Source: Eledone cirrhosa
Lineage: Eukaryota
Direction: 5' to 3'
Length of the DNA: 64,000 bases
NCBI GenBank assembly: GCA_964016885.1
Contig: OZ024742.1
Location: 293,322,001 to 293,386,000, forward strand
Made by a program: the position numbers and the translations under genes. How positions within the stretch are numbered: the first letter of the stretch is position 1; each line of letters starts with the position of its first letter. Under the pieces are notes generated by a model. The model made no database searches. It was not told the origin of the DNA and saw only the letters and a program-made list of their open reading frames with translations. Shown piece by piece: positions 51,101-64,000 of the stretch.

Positions 51101-54100
51101 CTATAGTATACAGTATATACCCATACCAACACAATTTTCTCTCTACAGTATACATTATATACCCATACCAACACAATTTTCTCTCTACAGTATACATTAT
51201 ATACCCATACCAACACAATGTTCTCTCTTCAGTATACATTATATACCCATACCAACACAATGTTCTCTTCAGTATACAGTATATACCCATACCAACACAA
51301 TGTTCTCTCTACAGTATACAGTATATACCCATACCAACACAATTTTCTCTCTACAGTATACATTATATACCCATACCAACACAATGTTCTCTCTACAGTA
51401 TACAGTATATACCCATACCAACACAATGTTCTCTACAGTATACACCCATACCAACACAATTTTCTCTCTACAGTATACATTATATACCGATACCAACACA
51501 ATGTTCTCTACAGTATACAGTATATACCCATACCAACACAATGTTCTCTCTACAGTATACATTATATACCCATACCAACACAATTTTCTCTCTACAGTAT
51601 ACATTTTATACCCATACCAACACAATGTTCTCTCTACAGTATACATTATATACCCATACCAACACAATGTTCTCTCTACAGTATACATTATATACCCATA
51701 CCAACACAATTTTCTCTCTACAGTATACATTATATACCCATACCAACACAATTTTATCTCTACAGTATACATTATATACTCATACCAACACAATTTTATC
51801 TCTACAGTATACATTATATACCCATACCAACACAATTTTCTCTCTACAGTATACATTATATACCCATACCAACACAATGTTCTCTACAGTATACATTATA
51901 TACCCATACCAACACAATTTTCTCTCTACAGTATACATTATATACCCATACCAACACAATTTTCTCTCTACAGTATACATTATATACCCATACCAACACA
52001 ATTTTCTCTCTACAGTATACATTATATACCCATACCAACACAATTTTCTCTCTACAGTATACATTATATACCGATACCAACACAATTTTCTCTCTACAGT
52101 ATACATTATATACCCATACCAACACAATGTTCTCTACAGTATACATTATATACCCATACCAACACAATGTTCTCTACAGTATACATTATATACCCATACC
52201 AACACAATGTTCTCTACAGTATACATTATATACCCATACCAACACAATTTTCTCTCTACAGTATACATTATATACCCATACCAACACAATTTTCTCTCTA
52301 CAGTATACATTATATACCCATACCAACACAATTTTCTCTCTACAGTATACATTATATACCCATACCAACACAATTTTCTCTCTACAGTATACATTATATA
52401 CCCATACCAACACAATTTTCTCTCTTCAGTATACATTATATACCCATACCAACACAATTTTCTCTCTACAGTATACAGTATATACCCATACCAACAAAAT
52501 GTTCTCTCTACAGTATACATTATATACCCATACCAACACAATGTTCTCTCTACAGTATACATTATATACCCATACCAACACAATTTTCTCTCTACAGTAT
52601 ACATTATATACCCATACCAACACAATGTTCTCTAAAGTATACATTATATACCCATACCAACACAATTTTCTCTCTACAGTATGCATTATATACCGATACC
52701 AACACAATTTTCTCTCTACAGTATACATTATATACCCATACCAACACAATGTTCTCTACAGTATACATTATATACCCATACCAACACAATGTTCTCTACA
52801 GTATACATTATATACCCATACCAACACAATGTTCTCTACAGTATACATTATATACCCATACCAACACAATTTTCTCTCTACAGTATACATTATATACCCA
52901 TACCAACACAATTTTCTCTCTACAGTATACATTATATACCCATACCAACACAATTTTCTCTCTACAGTATACATTATATACCCATACCAACACAATTTTC
53001 TCTCTTCAGTATACATTATATACCCATACCAACACAATTTTCTCTCTACAGTATACAGTATATACCCATACCAACAAAATGTTCTCTCTACAGTATACAT
53101 TATATACCCATACCAACACAATGTTCTCTCTACAGTATACATTATATACCCATACCAACACAATTTTCTCTACAGTATACATTATATACCCATACCAACA
53201 CAATGTTCTCTAAAGTATACATTATATACCCATACCAACACAATTTTCTCTCTACAGTATGCATTATATACCCATACCAACACAATTTTCTCTCTACAGT
53301 ATACATTATATACCCATACCAACACAATTTTCTCTCTACAGTATACATTATATACCCATACCAACACAATTTTCTCTCTACAGTATACATTATATACCCA
53401 TACCAACACAATTTTCTCTCTACAGTATACAGTATATACCCATGCCAACACAATGTTCTCTCTACATTATACATTATATACCCATACCAACACAATTTTC
53501 TCTCTACAGTATACATTATATACCCATACCAACACAATGTTCTCTACAGTATACAGTATATACCCATACCAACACAATTTTCTCTCTACAGTATACATTA
53601 TATACCAATACCAACACAATGTTCTCTACAGTATACAGTATATACCCATACCAACACAATGTTCTCTCTACAGTATATACCCATACCAACACAATGTTCT
53701 CTCTACAGTATACAGTATATACCCATACCAACACAATTTTCTCTCTACAGTATACATTATATACCCATACCAACACAATGTTCTCTCTATAGTATACAGT
53801 ATATACCCATACCAACACAATTTTCTCTCTACATTATACAGTATATACCCATACCAACACAATTTTCTCTCTACATTATACAGTATATACCCATAGCAAC
53901 ACAATTTTCTCTCTATAGTATACATTATATACCCATACCAACACAATGTTCTCTCTATAGTATACAGTATATACCCATACCAACACAATTTTCTCTCTAC
54001 AGTATACAGTATATACCCATACCAACACAATTTTCTCTCTACAGTATACATTATATACCCATACCAACACAATGTTCTCTCTACAGTGTACATTATATAC

Positions 54101-57100
54101 CCATACCAACACAATGTTCTCTCTATAGTATACAGTATATACCCATACAAACACAATTTTCTCTCTACAGTATACATTATATACCCATACCAACAAAATT
54201 TTCTCTCTACAGTATACATTATATACCCATACCAACACAATTTTCTCTCTACAGTATACATTATATACCCATACCAACACAATTTTCTCTCTACAGTATA
54301 CATTATATACCCATACCAACACAATGTTCTCTACAGTATACAGTATATACCCATACCAACCCAATGTTCTCTCTACAGTATACAGTATATACCCATACCA
54401 ACACAATGTTCTCTACAGTATACAGTATATACCCATACCAACACAATTTTCTCTCTACAGTATACATTATATACCCATACCAACACAATGTTCTCTCTAC
54501 AGTATACAGTATATACCCATACCAACACAATGTTCTCTACAGTATACAGTATATACCCATACCAACACAATTTTCTCTCTACAGTATACATTATATACCC
54601 ATACCAACACAATGTTCTCTACAGTATACAGTATATACCCATACCAACACAATGTTCTCTCTACAGTATACAGTATATACCCATACCAATACAATTTTCT
54701 CTACAGTATACAGTATATACCCATACCAACACAATTTTCTCTCTACAGTATACATTATATACCCATACCAACACAATGTTCTCTCCAGTATACAGTATAT
54801 ACCCATACCAACACAATGTTCTCTCTACAGTATACATTATATACCCATACCAACACAATTTTCTCTCTACAGTATACGTTATATACCCATACCAACACAA
54901 TGTTCTCTCTACAGTATACATTATATACCCATACCAACACAATGTTCTCTCTACAGTATACAGTATATACCCATACCAACACAATGTTCTCTCTACAGTA
55001 TACATTATATACCCATACCAACACAATGTTCTCTCTACAGTATACAGTATATACCCATACCAACACAATGTTCTCTCTACAGTATACATTATATACCCAT
55101 ACCAACACAATGTTCTCTCTACAGTATACAGTATATACCCATACCAACACAATGTTCTCTCTACTGTATACAGTATATACCCATACCAACACAATGTTCT
55201 CTCTACAGTATACAGTATATACCCATACCAACACAATGTTCTCTCTACAGTATACATTATATACCCATACCAACACAATTTTCTCTCTACAGTATACATT
55301 ATATACCCATACCAACACAATGTTCTCTACAGTATACATTATATACCCATACCAACACAATTTTCTCTCTACAGTATGCATTATATACCCATACCAACAC
55401 AATTTTCTCTCTACAGTATACATTATATACCCATACCAACACAATTTTCTCTCTACAGTATACATTATATACCCATACCAACACAATTTTCTCTATCCAT
55501 ACCAACACAATTTTCTCTCTACAGTATACATTATATACTCATACCAACACAATGTTCTCTCTACAGTATACATTATATACCCATACCAACACAATTTTCT
55601 CTCTACAGTATACATTATATACCCATACCAACACAATGTTCTCTACAGTATACATTATAGACCCATACCAACACAATGTTCTCTCTACAGTATACATTAT
55701 ATACCCATACCAACACAATGTTCTCTACAGTATACATTATATACCCATACCAACACAATGTTCTCTCTACAGTATACATTATATACCCATACCAACACAA
55801 TGTTCTCTACAGTATACAGTATATACCCATACCAACACAATGTTCTCTCTACAGTATACAGTATATACCCATACCAACACAATGTTCTCTCTACAGTATA
55901 CATTATATACCCATACCAACACAATGTGCTCTCTACAGTATATACCCATACCAACACAATGTTCTCTCTACAGTATACATTATATACCCATACCAACACA
56001 ATGTTCTCTCTACAGTATACAGTATATACCCATACCAACACAATGTTCTCTACAGTATACATTATATACCCATACCAACACAATGTTCTCTACAGTATAC
56101 AGTATATACCCATACCAACACAATGTTCTCTCTACAGTATACATTATATACCCATACCAACACAATGTTCTCTCTACAGTATACATTATATACCCATACC
56201 AACACAATGTTCTCTACAGTATACATTATATACCCATACCAACACAATGTTTTCTCTACAGTATACATTATATACCCATACCAACACAATGTTCTCTACA
56301 GTATACAGTATATACCCATACCAACACAATGTTCTCTCTACAGTATACATTATATACCCATACCAACACAACTTTCTCTCTACAGTATACAGTATATACC
56401 CATACCAACACAATGTTCTCTCTACAGTATACATTATATACCCATACCAACACAATTTTCTCTCTACAGTATACAGTATATACCCATACCAACACAATGT
56501 TCTCTACAGTATACATTATATACCCATAGCAACACAATTTTCTCTCTACAGTATACAGTATATACCCATACCAACACAATTTTCTCTCTACAGTATACAG
56601 TATATACCCATACCAACACAATGTTCTCTCTACAGTATACATTATATACCCATACCAACACAATTTTCTCTCTACATTATACAGTATATACCCATACCAA
56701 CACAATGTTCTCTCTACAGTATACAGTATATACCAATACCAACACAATGTTCTCTCTACAGTATACAGTATATACCCATACCAACACAATGTTCTCTCTA
56801 CAGTATACATTATATACCCATACCAACACAATGTTCTCTCTACAGTATACAGTATATACCCATACCAACACAATGTTCTCTCTACAGTATACATTATATA
56901 CCCATACCAACAATGTTCTCTCTACAGTATACAGTATATACCAATACCAACACAATGTTCTCTCTACAGTATACAGTATATACCCATACCAACACAATGT
57001 TCTCTCTACAGTATACATTATATACCAATACCAACACAATGTTCTCTCTACAGTATACACCCATACCAACACAATGTTCTCTCTACAGTATACATTATAT

Positions 57101-60100
57101 ACCCATACCAACACAATGTTCTCTCTACAGTATACAGTATATACCCATACCAACACAATGTTCTCTCTACAGTATACATTATATACCCATACCAACACAA
57201 TTTTCTCTCTACAGTATACAGTATATACCCATACCAACACAATGTTCTCTACAGTATACATTATATATCCATACCAACACAATGTTCTCTACAGTATACA
57301 TTATATACCCATACCAACACAATGTTCTCTCTACAGTATGCAGTATATACCCATACCAACACAATTTTCTCTCTACAGTATACATTATATACCCATACCA
57401 ACACAATTTTCTCTCTACAGTATACAGTATATACCCATACCAACACAATTTTCTCACTACAGTATACAGTATATACCCATACCAACACAATTTTCTCTCT
57501 ACAGTATACAGTATATACCCATACCAACACAATGTTCTCTACAGTATACATTATATACCCATACCAACACAATTTTCTCTCTACAGTATACAGTATATAC
57601 CCATACCAACACAATTTTCTCTCTACAGTATACAGTATATACCCATACCAACACAATGTTCTCTCTACAGTATACATTATATACCCATACCAACACAATT
57701 TTCTCTCTACATTATACAGTATATACCCATACCAACACAATGTTCTCTCTACAGTATACAGTATATACCAATACCAACACAATGTTCTCTCTACAGTATA
57801 CAGTATATACCCATACCAACACAATGTTCTCTCTACAGTATACATTATATACCCATACCAACACAATGTTCTCTCTACAGTATACAGTATATACCCATAC
57901 CAACACAATGTTCTCTCTACAGTATACATTATATACCCATACCAACACAATGTTCTCTCTACAGTATACAGTATATACCAATACCAACACAATGTTCTCT
58001 CTACAGTATACAGTATATACCCATACCAACACAATGTTCTCTCTACAGTATACATTATATACCAATACCAACACAATGTTCTCTCTACAGTATACAGTAT
58101 ATACCCATACCAACACAATGTTCTCTCTACAGTATACATTATATACCCATACCAACACAATGTTCTCTCTACAGTATACAGTATATACCCATACCAACAC
58201 AATGTTCTCTCTACAGTATACATTATATACCCATACCAACACAATTTTCTCTCTACAGTATACAGTATATACCCATACCAACACAATGTTCTCTCTACAG
58301 TATACATTATATACCCATACCAACACAATTTTCTCTCTACAGTATACAGTATATACCCATACCAACACAATGTTCTCTACAGTATACATTATATACCCAT
58401 ACCAACACAATTTTCTCTCTACAGTATACAGTATATACCCATACCAACACAATTTTCTCTCTACAGTATACATTATATACCCATACCAACACAATTTTCT
58501 CTCTACAGTATACATTATATACCCATACCAACACAATTTTCTCTCTACAGTATACAGTATATACCCATACCAACACAATGTTCTCTACAGTATACATTAT
58601 ATATCCATACCAACACAATGTTCTCTACAGTATACATTATATACCCATACCAACACAATGTTCTCTCTACAGTATGCAGTATATACCCATACCAACACAA
58701 TTTTCTCTCTACAGTATACATTATATACCCATACCAACACAATTTTCTCTCTACAGTATACAGTATATACCCATACCAACACAATTTTCTCACTACAGTA
58801 TACAGTATATACCCATACCAACACAATTTTCTCTCTACAGTATACAGTATATACCCATACCAACACAATGTTCTCTACAGTATACATTATATACCCATAC
58901 CAACACAATGTTCTCTCTACAGTATACATTATATACCCATACCAACACAATTTTCTCTCTACAGTATACAGTATATACCCATACCAACACAATGTTCTGT
59001 CTACAGTATACATTATATACCCATACCAACACAATGTTCTCTCTACAGTATACATTATATACCCATACCAACACAATGTTCGCTCTACAGTATACATTAT
59101 ATACCCATACCAACACAATGTTCTCTCTACAGTATACATTATATACCCATACCAACACAATGTACTCTCTACAGTACACATTATATACCCATACCAACAC
59201 AATGTTCTCTCTACAGTATACATTATATACCCATACCAACACAATGTTCTCTCTACAGTATACAGTATATACCCATACCAACACAATGTTCTCTCTACAG
59301 TATACATTATATACCCATACCAACACAATGTTCTCTCTACAGTACACATTATATAACCATACCAACACAATGTTCTCTCTACAGTATACATTATATACCC
59401 ATACCAACACAATGTTCTCTCTACAGTATACAGTATATACCAATACCAACACAATGTTCTCTCTACAGTATACAGTATATACCCATACCAACACAATGTT
59501 CTCTCTACAGTATACATTATATACCAATACCAACACAATGTTCTCTCTACAGTATACAGTATATACCCATACCAACACAATGTTCTCTCTACAGTATACA
59601 TTATATACCCATACCAACACAATGTTCTCTCTACAGTATACAGTATATACCCATACCAACACAATGTTCTCTCTACAGTATACATTATATACCCATACCA
59701 ACACAATTTTCTCTCTACAGTATACAGTATATACCCATACCAACACAATGTTCTCTCTACAGTATACATTATATACCCATACCAACACAATTTTCTCTCT
59801 ACAGTATACAGTATATACCCATACCAACACAATGTTCTCTACAGTATACATTATATACCCATACCAACACAATTTTCTCTCTACAGTATACAGTATATAC
59901 CCATACCAACACAATTTTCTCTCTACAGTATACATTATATACCCATACCAACACAATTTTCTCTCTACAGTATACATTATATACCCATACCAACACAATT
60001 TTCTCTCTACAGTATACAGTATATACCCATACCAACACAATGTTCTCTACAGTATACATTATATATCCATACCAACACAATGTTCTCTACAGTATACATT

Positions 60101-63100
60101 ATATACCCATACCAACACAATGTTCTCTCTACAGTATGCAGTATATACCCATACCAACACAATTTTCTCTCTACAGTATACATTATATACCCATACCAAC
60201 ACAATTTTCTCTCTACAGTATACAGTATATACCCATACCAACACAATTTTCTCACTACAGTATACAGTATATACCCATACCAACACAATTTTCTCTCTAC
60301 AGTATACAGTATATACCCATACCAACACAATGTTCTCTACAGTATACATTATATACCCATACCAACACAATGTTCTCTCTACAGTATACATTATATACCC
60401 ATACCAACACAATTTTCTCTCTACAGTATACAGTATATACCCATACCAACACAATGTTCTGTCTACAGTATACATTATATACCCATACCAACACAATGTT
60501 CTCTCTACAGTATACATTATATACCCATACCAACACAATGTTCGCTCTACAGTATACATTATATACCCATACCAACACAATGTTCTCTCTACAGTATACA
60601 TTATATACCCATACCAACACAATGTACTCTCTACAGTACACATTATATACCCATACCAACACAATGTTCTCTCTACAGTATACATTATATACCCATACCA
60701 ACACAATGTTCTCTCTACAGTATACAGTATATACCCATACCAACACAATGTTCTCTCTACAGTATACATTATATACCCATACCAACACAATGTTCTCTCT
60801 ACAGTACACATTATATAACCATACCAACACAATGTTCTCTCTACAGTATACATTATATACCCATACCAACACAATGTTCTCTCTACATTATACATTATAT
60901 ACCCATACCAACACAATGTTCTCCCTACAGTATACATTATATACCCATACCAACACAATGTTCTCTCTACAGTATACAGTATATACCCATACCAACACAA
61001 TGTTCTCTCTACAGTATACAGTATATACCCATACCAACACAATGTTCTCTCTACAGTATACAGTATATACCCATACCAACACAATGTTCTCTCTACAGTA
61101 TACATTATATACCCATACCAACACAATGTTCTCTCTACAGTATACAGTATATACCAACACAATGTTCTCTCTACAGTATACATTATATACCCATACCAAC
61201 ACAATGTTCTCTCTACAGTATACAGTATATACCCATACCAACACAATGTTCTCTCTACAGTATACATTATATACCCATACCAACACAATGTTCTCTCTAC
61301 AGTATACAGTATATACCCATACCAACACAATGTTCTCTCTACAGTACACATTATATACCCATACCAACACAATGTTCTCTCTACAGTATACATTATATAC
61401 CCATACCAACACAATGTTCTCTCTACATTATACATTATATACCCATACCAACACAATGTTCTCTCTACAGTATACATTATATACCCATACCAACACAATG
61501 TTCTCTCTACAGTATACAGTATATACCCATACCAACACAATGTTCTCTCTACAGTATACAGTATATACCCATACCAACACAATGTTCTCTCTACAGTATA
61601 CAGTATATACCCATACCAACACAATGTTCTCTCTACAGTACACATTATATACCCATACCAACACAATTTTCTCTCTACAGTATACAGTATATACCCATAC
61701 CAACACAATGTTCTCTCTACAGTATACAGTATATACCCATACCAACACAATGTTCTCTCTACAGTATACAGTATATACCCATACCAACACAATGTTCTCT
61801 CTACAGTACACATTATATACCCATACCAACACAATTTTCTCTCTACAGTATACATTATATACCCATACCAACACAATGTTTTCTCTACAGTATACATTAT
61901 ATACCCATACCAACACAATTTTCTCTCTACAGTATACAGTATATACCCATACCAACACAATGTTCTCTCTACAGTATACATTATATACCCATACCAACAC
62001 AATGTTCTCTCTACATTATACATTATATACCCATACCAACACAATGTTCTCTCTACAGTATACAGTATATACCCATACCAACACAATGTTCTCTCTACAG
62101 TACACATTATATACCCATACCAACACAATTTTCTCTCTACAGTATACATTATATACCCATACCAACACAATGTTCTCTCTACAGTATACATTATATACCC
62201 ATAGCAACACAATTTTCTCTCTACAGTATACATTATATACCCATACCAACACAATGTTCTCTCTACAGTATACATTATATACCCATACCAACACAATGTT
62301 CTCTCTACATTATACATTATATACCCATACCAACACAATGTTCTCTCTACAGTATACATTATATACCCATACCAACACAATGTTCTCTCTACAGTATACA
62401 GTATATACCAACACAATGTTCTCTCTACAGTATACATTATATACCAATACCAACACAATGTTCTCTCTACAGTATACATTATATACCCATACCAACACAA
62501 TTTTCTCTCTACAGTATACAGTATATACCCATACCAACACAATGTTCTCTACAGTATACATTATATACCCATACCAACACAATGTTCTCTCTACAGTATA
62601 CATTATATACCCATACCAACACAATTTTCTCTCTACAGTATACAGTATATACCCATACCAACACAATGTTCTGTCTACAGTATACATTATATACCCATAC
62701 CAACACAATGTTCTCTCTACAGTATACATTATATACCCATACCAACACAATGTTCGCTCTACAGTATACATTATATACCCATACCAACACAATGTTCTCT
62801 CTACAGTATACATTATATACCCATACCAACACAATGTACTCTCTACAGTACACATTATATACCCATACCAACACAATGTTCTCTCTACAGTATACATTAT
62901 ATACCCATACCAACACAATGTTCTCTCTACAGTATACAGTATATACCCATACCAACACAATGTTCTCTCTACAGTATACATTATATACCCATACCAACAC
63001 AATGTTCTCTCTACAGTATACATTATATACCCATACCAACACAATGTTCTCTACAGTATACATTATATACCCATACCAACACAATGTTTTCTCTACAGTA

Positions 63101-64000
63101 TACATTATATACCCATACCAACACAATGTTCTCTACAGTATACAGTATATACCCATACCAACACAATGTTCTCTCTACAGTATACATTATATACCCATAC
63201 CAACACAACTTTCTCTCTACAGTATACAGTATATACCCATACCAACACAATGTTCTCTCTACAGTATACATTATATACCCATACCAACACAATTTTCTCT
63301 CTACAGTATACAGTATATACCCATACCAACACAATGTTCTCTACAGTATACATTATATACCCATAGCAACACAATTTTCTCTCTACAGTATACAGTATAT
63401 ACCCATACCAACACAATTTTCTCTCTACAGTATACAGTATATACCCATACCAACACAATGTTCTCTCTACAGTATACATTATATACCCATACCAACACAA
63501 TTTTCTCTCTACATTATACAGTATATACCCATACCAACACAATGTTCTCTCTACAGTATACAGTATATACCAATACCAACACAATGTTCTCTCTACAGTA
63601 TACAGTATATACCCATACCAACACAATGTTCTCTCTACAGTATACATTATATACCCATACCAACACAATGTTCTCTCTACAGTATACAGTATATACCCAT
63701 ACCAACACAATGTTCTCTCTACAGTATACATTATATACCCATACCAACACAATGTTCTCTCTACAGTATACAGTATATACCAATACCAACACAATGTTCT
63801 CTCTACAGTATACAGTATATACCCATACCAACACAATGTTCTCTCTACAGTATACATTATATACCAATACCAACACAATGTTCTCTCTACAGTATACACC
63901 CATACCAACACAATGTTCTCTCTACAGTATACATTATATACCCATACCAACACAATGTTCTCTCTACAGTATACAGTATATACCCATACCAACACAATGT
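45105..64000. repeat. 42-bp satellite array (about 450 units, runs off the right edge), intronic in CDK14
   Basis: Consensus CCCATACCAACACAAT(T/G)TTCTCTCTACAGTATACA(T/G)TATATA, with 40-bp (one CT lost) and rarer shorter variants; uninterrupted to the window end. Confidence 0.98.

Noticed and set aside
44982-63995. Giant ORFs of up to 2164 aa (YPYQHNFLSTVYII / IPIPTQFSLYSIHY / THTNTIFSLQYTLY repeats) on both strands
   Set aside because: The 42-bp unit is a multiple of 3 and is stop-free in 5 of 6 frames. The 40-bp variants shift frames freely, so no frame is preserved; this is a satellite artefact.
45105-64000. Canonical recursive-splicing ratchet points
   Set aside because: Ratchet points need AG|GT. 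The unit has CAG|TAT (overlapping AGT), so no donor is regenerated at the junction.
45105-64000. Calling the array a centromere or telomere
   Set aside because: No TTAGGG-type repeat, the location appears intronic, and centromere function cannot be read from sequence.

Overview
AT-rich, repeat-dense eukaryotic genomic DNA. The SINE/RTE repeat content is of the kind seen in octopus or other coleoid cephalopods; this is an inference and needs a database check. The window appears to lie inside one + strand gene, a PFTAIRE-type cyclin-dependent kinase (CDK14/PFTK1, Eip63E-like). I traced 11 GT-AG coding exons between 8081 and 44440 whose phases all join (1043 nt, about 348 codons). They run from an N-terminal extension through GEGSYA, PFTAIRE, HRDLKPQN, DFG and TLWYRPPD to kinase subdomain X. 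The start codon and the C-terminal exons are outside the window. The introns contain RTE LINE fragments, several tRNA-derived SINE families, TTAA- and TA-flanked MITEs, hairpins, and 46-bp and 50/56-bp minisatellites. From about 45105 to the window end there is a >18.9 kb, 42-bp satellite with kb-scale higher-order duplications. Its unit reads on the gene's sense strand like branch point + polypyrimidine tract + CAG. The long ORFs in the ORF track at 25.9-27.3 kb and 45-64 kb are artefacts of stop-poor tandem repeats.
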